Source: Podarcis muralis
Lineage: Eukaryota
Reading direction: 5' to 3'
DNA: 64,000 nt
Assembly (NCBI RefSeq): GCF_964188315.1
Contig: NC_135659.1
Location: forward strand, 40,548,001 to 40,612,000
The translations under genes were made by a program, and so were the position numbers. Below, piece after piece: positions 53,191-64,000 of the stretch. Below the pieces are notes generated by a model that was not told the origin of the DNA, searched no databases, and was given only the letters and a program-made list of their open reading frames with translations. The first letter of the stretch is position 1, and the number at the start of each line of letters is the position of its first letter.

Positions 53191-55005
53191 GCAAGCTCAA
53201 CTTGTGTCCATTGTACAATATTTTTGGCACAATGTGGAGACATTTCTTCCCTCCCCCATGCTTTTCAGTAGTTTTATTTATCTTAACAGTCACCTGGTTT
53301 TAAGGGTTTTAGAGTTTTATTATTCTTTGCTAAAAGTTTTTAGTTGTTGCTTAGCGGATTTTTTATGTTGGTGATGTGGTATGGAGAATCTTCTATGTGT
53401 AAGTTTTGTAATACAGAGGGGTTTGGCTGTTCCACATTTTGGGGACGTAATTAGGTATTATATATTTTTGTATTTCTGAATCTATGTTTTCATAAGTCAC
53501 CTGGAAGGACCAGTGCAGATGACACAAAAATCCAGAAATGAATAATAATAAATAATTGATGAAGACTGGCTAATGGGCCAGTTAAACAAAGACAGAGGTC
53601 GTGTAAAGCAGGAACAAATGTTTGTTATTAGCTTATAAAGAATGAAACCCCAAACACTACAAGCTGAATCTATAGTTCCCTAAAGGAAAACTACATTCAA
53701 GTACAGTCCAATCCTATGCCTCATTACTTGAAGACCTACTGACCTAAACAGGACCTATACCTGCAACCCATGTACAAACATCCCACTCAGTAAGAGAAGT
53801 TTACATGTGAATGTCCTTCTGGATCAGAAACCATGTATGTAGATTAGACGCACCGTGGTACATATCCAGAGATAAATCATTAGTTCTGTCTTGAAACGTG
53901 GATTTCTACACGCATATGTCCAGTAATTGTCTTCTGCCAGTACTTTCTCACAATACCTTGCTGTGCTTAACTATCTCGGGCTTCATCCGTTTACATTTCG
54001 TTCACATACATGGCTAAAAAAATACAGTAAACAGCACTGAAGCACCATCTTTCACAAGAAACAGAAGGTTTAAGGAGAATAAAGTCTATTGCTTTTTAAA
54101 TTATCATCTAAATTATTCTTGTTCTGAGGCTGCAATATTTCCGAAAGCAAAATATATTTAGACACCATGTGTTTACTCCTATCTACGTGTAATCCAATAT
54201 TCCGATGGATACCCAAGAAAGCCTGGATAAAGAATGAGCTTAAAGAATACTCAGACAGCATGGCTAATGAAAATGAAAACATCTTGGCAGTGAAATCCTT
54301 TTTTGGTAACAATCCCTGCAATCCAATTGCAAGTTTCTATTACAAGGACTATTTGGACCACGAAGACATATGTCCTAAAATTACTTTTCAGCACAGCATA
54401 GCAGCTTGACTCCCTCTTAGGGAAAAACACTTGAACCTGTTTTCCTGTCAGAAAGTACATAATTTTAAGGAATATTTTAATCTATTGCAAGCAATTATTC
54501 TTACAGGACAAGGAGCAGCCTGAATACATATTTGCCATCCTCTATCTATGCTATGCGGCAAACTCGTTCAGACAGTGCAGTTCCTTATGTGGCCAAAACA
54601 GCACTGACCATGAACAAGGGAGAAGTATCAGCAGATTAGGGGAAGTATAGAAATGTTTTTAAAGTATATATATGGGGGACTGGGGAGACTCAGCAACCCA
54701 CCAAGAATGCTCAGCGAGCATGGAAAACTGAGTACTAGGGACAGAAAAGTTGAAGATAATGGAGCAGAAACTTCTGAAAGAAGCTCTAACTAGCTGGCTG
54801 GAACCTCAACAATGTGATATTTTGTTGAAGGTCTCACTTATTTTTAAACCAATTAAAAATCCTCAGAATGCTAATTGGAAAGCTGAAACCTAAAATGGCT
54901 TACAGTATGATTCTACGCATGTTTGCTTAAGCAGCAAGTCCCACTGAGTTCAATGGACCTTACTTCAAAGTAAGTTGCTGTGACATTTTTAAGGCCTTCC
55001 TTGTA

Positions 55006-55247
55006 CAGTGGTATCTCAGGTTACATACACTTCCGGTTACATACGCTTCAGGTTACAGACTCCGCTAACCCAGAAATAGTGCTTCAGGTTAAGAACATTG
55101 CTTCAGGATGAGAACAGAAATCGGGCTCCGGCGGCACGGCAGCAGCAGGAGGCCCCATTAGCTAAAGTGGTGCTTCAGGTTAAGAACAGTTTCAGGTTAA
55201 GTACGGACATCCGGAACGAATTAAGTACTTAACCTGAGATACCACTG
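55006..55247. mobile_element. Tigger/pogo-like MITE family A, copy 3
   Basis: TA|CAGTGGTATCTCAGGTTA ... GAGATACCACTG|TA. Confidence 0.9.
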
Positions 55248-57589
55248 TATCCATATATGATCAGCATTATGTGTAATATCCAATGTTAACCATACTCAGA
55301 TTTAAGTCAATTGATTTTTGGGTGGTCTTTTCAGGGAAAGAGTTAGTTAGATCTCACCCTGTAAGTTCCACTGAAACCAGAAAAATATGTACTTCTATCT
55401 GAGGTTGAAGGCAGACCATAGACAAGTTGCAAAAGCAGTTCTTTCCCATGGTGCACACATATATTTCTTTTGTCTCACTGTTACTCCTGGTAAAACAGAT
55501 TCTGAAAGTTCTTTTAAGTAGGGTGATGGTGGAAAGTGTATGGGGTTTACAATTGGCACATCTGTGATCTTAAAATCGGAATTGTCTATTGATGTCCACA
55601 TTGAGTTGAGCTTTTGTATTTTGAATGCCTCCTCATCCATGCATAGGGCAAAATAGGAACACAACAGGTTTCAATGGGTTTTTTTATCATATCCACTTCA
55701 CAGCAAATGAAAGGAACTGGCACAGTCTCTGCAAGAACTGTAAGATCTTAATCTGGTTTGATTTATGGCCTCGTTCTTAGTGTTCACCTTTCCTGTATTT
55801 TAACTTATTGCAAGTTGATATGAAACTTATTTTTAAAAAGCAATGAATACATTTAATAAAAAATAACAATAAATGGAACATTTTGCAGTCTATTATAAAG
55901 ATGCCAGACTTTAGAACTTTCTACTTGGTACTTGACAGAACAGAGTATTATTGTCTTCTTTTTATCACTCATTTTCATTATCCACAGACTCATTCAGCGA
56001 CATTTATTAGGTTGCTCATGATAGAATCTTTGCCTTTAACTTGCCAACGTCTTACTATTTTAACAGTAATGCATTTCATTAGAAGTGTGTCCCTACCACT
56101 AGTAAACATTTTATGCATATCAATACAGTGATTTTCTGGGGACTAATAGCCTCTTTAAAACTCAATTCTGTATAACCTACCTCCACCCACTAAAGCAAAG
56201 CACACAGAGATTGTCATTGAACAAGGCAACTTGTTCAGCATTCAGGAACATAACAGGAGCTAGAAAGTCCTGGTTAATTTGCATGTTTTATTGGATGATA
56301 TTGACCACTTATAACTGGATATGGCATGGGTTTATTATACTTTTATTCCAAAACAGTAAATGTTAGAGGAACTTGAGTCTGCCTTTGCAAAAACCTCTTA
56401 TCTTGAGTTGGAAATCTATGACAACTTAAAGCAATAAAATTTAATTCCAGTTCTACTTCTTTATTGTTTTCCCAAACTTTCCCCAATATTCAGATGCACC
56501 TGCGCAATCATGAAGACTACAAATCTGCTACTTAATGGAAAACAATAATTTCTAACAGTGCCCAAAAGGCTTAAAAAGATAACTCCAAAAACCTTCTGTT
56601 GGCTATCCATGTCTGTATCTTCTCATTGAACTACTGTACAACCTTTGCAACGGAACATAGCTATTCTACACAAGAGTTAGAAAAGCCAAGGGGGAAGAAA
56701 GAAAAACAGCTTCAGCTATCTATTCCAGTTGTGTCACTGATGATAGCAATGGGAAGCAATTTAGAATGTGTAAGTTCTTTAGTCAATAAAATAAAACTCT
56801 TACAAAACTTTCCTCCACCTACCCTACAGGCATATATTCTTGGTGAGTGAATATGAAAAATAAATAACAATGATGGTTTCAGCAACAGTAAAAGCAATAA
56901 ACAAATTGGGGAGGATGAGAACATACAAGTGCTTTTTCCAAAGGCAAAAACAAGGCACAGACAGGATGTTGAACAAAATCTCATCTGCTTTCCGAATAGG
57001 AGAACAAGAAGCAATGCCCATTTTGTTTTGCTTCTTTTCTCCTATTCTGGCTGCCTTTTGACTTTCTTTATTCAGGGATGGGAGTTCCTGCTGAGCTGCT
57101 GCTCATGCCACCAAGTGTAAAGTATAATCCCAACACAGGGCAACAAGCAAACTTCCTATCCACAGCACTGTATCCATTGCAATAAAGCGAAAGACAACTC
57201 CGCATGTTTTGCTGCTATGAAAGCGAGAGAGGAGTGTTCCTCCTTAACTCCCTCCAGCCCACAATCCCTCCTAGAACTTTCAAGACTTATGTTTCTGCAT
57301 GTGTTGCCTTTCAACCAATTATAGAGACGCCCCCTCTCTCCCACTATCTCAGGAGATGAATGACGATACCTACCCACCTGGGTCACTTATCATTATCTGC
57401 AAAGTTCTGGAATCTTATTATTCCCTACATTAAAGGGGGGGGACCCTCCCCCTTCTTCTTCCACTTTGGAGAGGATGTGCCTCTACAAGCCTCCCTCCCA
57501 GCCCAGTCACCTCCGTTATCCCTGGCAAGTTCTAAATTACCTCTTCCCTGCCTAGAGACGATGCACCTCCGGGCCATCTTTTCTCTCCC

Positions 57590-58640
57590 CACGGGTTCCC
57601 GTCACGCTCCTTGAGTGACCAACTCTGCGTGACCAAGCTCCTTCCACAGCTGCAACCCATTAACTCTCGGCTCCAGCCCCGGGGAAAGCGGGGGGCCCGT
57701 GGCTCATCCTCCTCCCCCCCCCCGCCGCCCCTCCGAGGGCTCTGCCCCGAGCGGCGCTCCCCACGCGCCGCGAGGGAAGGGGAGAAATGGGGGCGTTTCG
57801 CTCACCTGGCTGCTGCTCTCGGCGGGCAGGTTCCTCAGCAGGATCTTGCGCCTGTTGCTCAGCTCCCGCCTGGTTCCGCGCAGCCTGCGGGCGATCTCCT
57901 CGGGGGCCAGAGCGCGAGGCGTCCCCCCCGCCGCCGCGCCCTCCGACTCCCCCAGAGTCCCGGGCAGCTCGGCGCCGCTGGACCCCGACGATGCCGCCAT
58001 CTTGCCGGCCCGGACGCGAACGCAGCTCTCACACCGCCCGGGGGGTGGAGGCAGCGAGTGGGGGAAGAGAGCCAGTCGGGGCGGGCTGGGCTTGGGTCTG
58101 GGGCGGCGGCAGGGGGCGGGAGCCTGGGGAGGCGGGAGCTGGGCGCCACCCCGCGCGCAGGACCCGGCAGCCACGCTGCATACAAAGAGAGGAGAGGAGG
58201 ACGGTCTCGCCCGCCTCCGCCTTCCCCTCGCGCCCCCCGACATGCCCCCTAACCTCTGAAGTACATCACTGCACTCTTGCTGCCTCTGCTTCGCCTCAGA
58301 ATCACGCCCAACCACAGTCACAGCGCTGTTTGGCGTGGTTGGGTTTGGGGTTTTTTCGGTCGAAAGAAAATGATAACACACTTTTGCTAGGTTGCTTAAA
58401 GAACAAACGCCGTTGTTTTCGGAAACAGGCGCGGCTGCTCTTATTTGGAACTGCAGCGCTGCGAGCCGGGCGAGCACGACTAGCCAGCAAGGCTGCTCTC
58501 CTTTTCCCCTTTGCTAACCCTTTAATTAATAAATAGCCGGGTTTTCTACCTCGAGCAGCTGCGTAAGAGCGCGCGAAGTGGAAGGCAAAGGGCAATTCGC
58601 CAGCAGTCGAGATGCAACGGGGAGGTGGGGCGGGGGGAGC
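57590..58640. promoter_or_regulatory. RAVER2: CpG island / RAVER2 promoter and 5'UTR
   Basis: Very GC- and CpG-rich stretch spanning exon 1 and upstream sequence. Confidence 0.85.
57806..58000 (-). CDS. RAVER2: RAVER2 exon 1 coding part (MAASSGSSG...ELSNRRKILLRNLPAESSSQ)
   Basis: aagATGG start context; ELSNRRKIL..NLP start of RRM1; CAG|gtgagc donor. The 12 exons sum to 2022 nt (673 aa plus stop). Confidence 0.95.
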
Positions 58641-60835
58641 AGTGCCTGTTGCGCTGCATATGCAGCTCGCAGAAAACGGGACGAGTTGAAATGGAAGTGA
58701 GCTAGGCTACAGTCATATGCATACTTGTTTGGAAGTACGTCTCATTGAACTCCAAAAGACTTACTTCGAAGCAGGCAGGCATACAATGCACCGTTGGGCC
58801 AGAACGTGGTGTTACAATGGCACTCTAAAAGCCATTTCTCGTGCGCGTTAGGAGTCGTGAGAGCTTCTGGAGTTCCTCACAGGAAGGGCGGAGTGTGAAA
58901 AGCAAATAAAACTTAGTTGCCGTTAGGGATCTTTCTTTTCTGCTTTTGCTTTGTGCCTGTTTTCCTATGGGGGCATGGAGTTTGCATGAGCTTTCCAGAC
59001 CCTTACATTTAGCCACGTTTAACAGCCTCTGTAGAAAAAACTAGGGGCATAAAATGTGAAACAAATTTTATTGTTTTAGAAAGATGGACCTTTTGTATTT
59101 TGTTTAATGTTTCTTCATTTTTATTTTTTGCATTGCTCTGCTGCTTTGTTACTTGCTGCCCTGCGCTCCTTTGGGACAGGATACAAATTTATTAAAAAAT
59201 AAATATTATTGTCGTTTAAAATGGCTTTCTTGGTTAACTAAATAAAAATTTAAAAATCGCAAAAATATGTTAAAAAATCATAGGAAAAGGAGAAAGAAAC
59301 CAAACTGACCCAGAACACAAAGGACATAAAATCTTGTTTGGTTTCAACAGTCACCAGGTCAGCTGCATAAAAATAAAATAAACAGATGGGGTCACAATGA
59401 AGAAGAACTGTTGAGTAGAAAAATTCCACCCCGCCTTGTGACCCTCCCAGTTCTACTTCTGCCACCCACTAACAATGGAGGAACACAAAAGTCACTCTGC
59501 CAGTGCAGTACAAACATGTCCCTTGACAGAGGGCTTGCCAGTAGAGTAGCAGCCAAGCAAATGGCCCTGAAACTTGGTGTTTTGGTGTTGGGATCAGCCA
59601 GCCCAGGGTCTTAAAACCATCAAGCAACAAACATCAGGCCCAATCACTGCTTCAGCAGGCTTACTGCCTGGTCTGCTGCCCACCTTCTGCCTGAGCTACT
59701 AGACAAGGCAGGGCTGTGGATGTGACACCAGCCCCATTGATCTGTAAAGCCCCACTGATGGTGGGGGGAAGTTTGGATTCTGCCCTTTTCTGTTTCATGG
59801 TCTAAAAATACCAACAAAACAGTTCTATAGCAAAATCAATATTTCCCCCTCCTTTCAATTAACTTATTCATGAAAGTTAATAACTAAAATTAATGTTAAG
59901 GATTCCCTGTACTCTTGGCTCTATATGAGCAGCAGTTGTTAGCAGTATTTCCTGGGAAATCATTAGTCACACATTGCAGCTGACTCCTTTAGTTAAAGGT
60001 TGCTGAATCCTCCATATTGGAATTGCTATAAATAAACCTGATTGCGCTTTACTTAAATGGGCAATACAATCTATAATATCCCATCATAGACTGGTTGGTC
60101 CCACACTTAATTACCCCTTCACTTTCTACAGCTGCAAGTTGTATTTGGGCTGCATTTTTGTATTTCCAGTTGCACTAAACATTGCACATCAGTAAAGACC
60201 GACACCTATTTGCAGGCTTTGTCTGACAAACCGCACCATTCGATGGTCTGATCCTGTGATTGGCTGCATGAGCAAGCCAGTATTTAAAGTAAGTAAAACG
60301 TAGAATATGAGGTGTTGCACTGAAATGATTGGCTAACCCAGGATAGATGCACACTGTAGCTTAGTTGGTGCTCCTATGAGTTGATGGTGCTGCTGCTACT
60401 GCAAGTGTGGCATGCATGGTTTAAGTACTTCATGCAAAGTTTTTGCACAGAGCTGATAGATTTGGGCAGAGGGTAAATAGAACTGGTGACCATTTCCCTT
60501 TGCAATAACCTAATGTCACTTTGTCAGCACGTCTTGCGTCTCAGATATTTGCCAGTTTCCTTTTGCAGCGTGACTGCAGGTGACACTCAGCGTAACAGGA
60601 AAAACTTGCCCCACTTGCAAGTGCAGGACTCCGCTCCCTGCAGTTTACAACTGACCAATGACTTCACTTATTTATTTATGTAGTCAATTGATATATCACT
60701 TAGTTTTGATTGTCTCTAAGTGGTGTACAAGTAAAACAGTACAATAATGATAAATACCAGGAGCAAGACTGTAACAACATATCATAGGACTAGGACCATG
60801 AGGTCAAAACAGTTTCCCAACACTACTGTCTGGAC

Positions 60836-61116
60836 TAGGGGTAGGCCTTCTCAATCTGGCCTGCGGATGGTCCGGGAATCTGTGTGTTTTTACATGAGGA
60901 GAATGTGTCCTTTTATTTAAAATGCATCTCTGGGTTATTTGTGGGGCCTGTCTGGTGTTTTTACATGAGTAGAATGTGTGCTTTTATTTAAAATGCATCT
61001 CTGGGTTATTTGTGGGGCATAGGAATTTGTTAATTTTTTTTCTTCAAAATATAGTCCAGCCCACAACATGGTCTGAGGGACGGTGGCCCACCGCTGAAAA
61101 AAGTTGCTGACCCCTG
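60836..61116. mobile_element. hAT-Charlie-like MITE inserted into an L2 RT fragment (L2 on - strand to about 61250)
   Basis: TAGGGG...CCCCTG ends; near TSD GTCTGGAC / CTCTGGAC; internal ~74-bp direct duplication; flank translates HGILLDWLCGLGIG. Confidence 0.7.
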
Positions 61117-63145
61117 CTCTGGACGGAACCCTGTAGGCAGGAGTGAAGAAGCCACTGTAAAACAGTGCCCAATACCCAGCCCACAGAGCCAGTCCAGGAG
61201 GATACCATGCTTAAGGGTACCAAAAGCCACAAGAGACTGAGAAGCAGACGCACAGATGCATTACCTCTGTCGTACTCTCAACACAGGTAACCCATCAGGG
61301 TGACCAATTAGGGCACAAGTATCAGAAGTCTTCTGCTTCTGCTACTGCTCTCTCTTGTGCTATATTTGTATAAAAGCCAAGAGACTTTGAGATACTACCC
61401 ATCCATTCTGGGCAAGACAAATAGAAGTGCAGTTGAAATTATGTTCATCTCAGGACACAGTTGACTAAGAGATTTGAACGTATAAGAAAGCTACTTTAAG
61501 GGAAAAAATCTGTAATGTACTCACAACATATTAAGTTTGTAACCTGCTGGATCATTAAAATCTATGTTCGCGTGTATCCTGGGTCTTATTGTATAAACAC
61601 ACCTTATATAGCAACGTAACATCCTTCATCTTGTTAAATATGGGTTTGCAGTCGATTTAACAGCTAATGTTTTATAATTTTAAAACAGGGAGAATAAGCC
61701 ATTTTGTAAAACTAGTAGTTTAGTCTCCAGTGACCAAGTAAATATTTCTTTCCACCTTCTGTTAGCTGGTTTTACAATCTTTATGTAGGTATGGAAACGA
61801 CTTCTGTTAAGATTCCAAAATGTCATAAAAGGTAAAGTAAATAGTCATTAAAAAGAAGCAAAGAATGCAACAACACCTGCCCATTTCATGAGCTGCAAGT
61901 GCTTGTCTGGAGTGGTGAACTGCCATTAAATGGTTGAAGGACATTACTGTGATTCTACTGCTACTCAACAGAAATCTTCAAATGAATGGAAAACCAGAAG
62001 TGGTTCTTCTCTGGCTCAGATGATCTAGAATCATGGAGGATAAATTATTTGATTACTTCCCTGGAGTATGGTGACCAGTTTAAAAATGGACTGCAGAGAC
62101 TGAACTCTGTTCAATCATCTGAACTTCTTCTATAGCAGTTGGCAACCTAGTTGAATAAGGCAAGGATGGAGAAACACCGAGAGGGGGAAAGTGGCCATTT
62201 TCAGTAGGGCAAGCAGTGTGTGACACTGGAGGTGGGATGGCCTTTTAAAACAAGGTGTGAGTACAGTGAGAAGGGAGTTCAGAAAGGCTCTGTTGAGCTA
62301 GCTTGTTGGTGTTAGCTTCTATGTTGTACCCACTTTTGCTATTCCTCCTTGTTAAGCTGCTTGCTGCTGCTGCTGTTTTAAAAAACACTCAGTGCCCCTC
62401 CAACACCATTTATTCAAACTTATCACTCTTCCATTTCTCAGCTACCTCCTGTGAGAGGGATAAAGGATATAGAATCCTCCAATATTCTATAGTGCCTTTA
62501 CAGACTGTACTTCACTCCTGGTACCATGTGTTGTCTTCAACGTGAAGTTTCGGCTTCCACATAGTAAATTATTAACAGTCAAACACGCGTATACGGACAA
62601 CACCCACTGCCTGAATTTAATCTTCTCCGACTCCGACTGAACAAGCTGTCAGGCATGCTCTTAAAGATACAAGAGCATAGATCATCATGGGATGTGTGCA
62701 CAAAGGGGGCTGCAGAATAGGGAAAAGGATGGGGCAGGGCAATTTGGGGTAGTCTGTGTGCAAGAGAGAGTTGAGAAAAGCAAGGAGGAGGGCAAGGGGG
62801 GTGAATGTGATAATGGGGTTTGTATGCAAAGGGGGCTGCAGAAAAAGAAAGCGGGGAGGCATGGAAATGGGGGTGAAGATGAAAGCAGATGCATGAAAAT
62901 GTCTGCAGAATATATTCAGCTGGGTTATTGTATTGGGCCCAGTGTATTACACCCTTTTAGGGTGTAAAGAAGAATTGCTGTGCCTTGGTTTTCAAATTGC
63001 TAGGCTTTTGGCTTTGGCCCAGAAAATTGTAAGCACATGGGCTTTTTATAGACAACTACAGGAAGTCTAAGATCCATTTCAGCACATTTCTTTTCACTTG
63101 ATATATAATGATGAGCACCCTGTGAAACCCGGGTTTTCTGCATTA

Positions 63146-63499
63146 CAGTGGTGCCTCGCAAGACGAAATTAATTCATTCCGCGAGTTTTGTCGCCTTGCA
63201 ATTTTTTCGTCTTGCGAAGCACGGTGTCGGGAAAGTTTTGGAAAAGCTTCAAAAATGACCAAAGTCTTTAAAAACCTCAAAAAAGGCTACCACACCGCGT
63301 TCTATGAGTTGCTCCTCGAAGTCAAGTCGCAACTGTATTAACAGTGTTAAGAAAAAGGAAACAAACTTGCAAGACGTTTCTGTCTTGCGAAGCAAGCCCA
63401 TAGGGAAAATCGTCTTGCGAAGCAGCTCAAAAAACAAAAAACCCTTTCGTCTAGCGAGTTTTTTGTCTTGCGAGGCATTCGTCTTGCGAGGTACCACTG
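63146..63499. mobile_element. Tigger/pogo-like MITE
   Basis: TA|CAGTGGTGCCTCGCAAGACGAA ... CGTCTTGCGAGGTACCACTG|TA. Confidence 0.88.
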
Positions 63500-64000
63500 T
63501 ATAGCAATTGCTTTTAATTCCTGGGCTAAAGCAAATCTACACTGTGTGTCTAGAAAACTCTCTAGTCCAGAGTTTAATACCAGCACTCTAAATTTTCAGT
63601 GTATAAATATCTCTTTTTAATCAGCATGAAGTCTGGGGGGGAAATATTGTCTGCTATTGCTCATATGATGCCATAATCCATAGTAGGGCAACTTATTTAA
63701 CTGCAGAAAATAATGAGCAATATCTTGAGGTCTGCAGATTAATCAGGCTGAGTGCTGAGTAAGGGGCTTGCTCCTGAAACCATTAAGAGTGCATTATTAT
63801 TAAAATGGTGTGTGGAAGCACCCAGGCTCTTCTAGGTGCTGTGCAGATTTCAGATTACACTCAGGGACGACAGGATGAAGAAACAGGCAGAAGTCAACTA
63901 CTCAATTAAAAATAATAATAAAATCTAGCTATCTTCGAGATCTCAAGTAAAAAGAGAGAGGGGATAATTTAACAGTAGTGACACAAAGTTAAATCTAGTC

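Noticed and set aside
57611-58595. Several long overlapping ORFs (up to 257 aa) on both strands
   Set aside because: Stop-poor CpG island. Only 57806-58000 (-) matches RAVER2 and has a splice donor.

Overview
Vertebrate DNA, most likely a squamate and probably a lacertid lizard (full-length Sauria SINE, BovB, squamate-type MITEs). Two genes lie tail-to-tail. JAK1 is on the + strand: its last 12 coding exons (pseudokinase JH2 and kinase JH1), 694-10262, then a 3'UTR to about 11570. RAVER2 is complete on the - strand: 12 coding exons, 58000 down to 13555, 673 aa, with a CpG-island promoter at about 57.6-58.6 kb. The most striking observation is two young copies of a non-autonomous hAT element (24210-24882 and 27516-28253). 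Each has 15-bp TIRs and its own 8-bp target-site duplication. Their interior looks like a captured promoter/5'UTR plus first-exon fragment of the host gene RANBP9 (MSGQ-polyQ...AALLLHPPPPPPPPP...APFPHGGNPALNEQEKEL), i.e. a Pack-TIR element that kept transposing after gene capture. The two copies are inverted and flank RAVER2 exons 7-8, and exon 8 appears to use a GC donor. RAVER2 intron 2 holds a very young Penelope-like retroelement with 953-bp inverted arms, each carrying a minimal hammerhead-ribozyme motif. Gene and family names come from recalled protein/repeat sequences, not from database searches.
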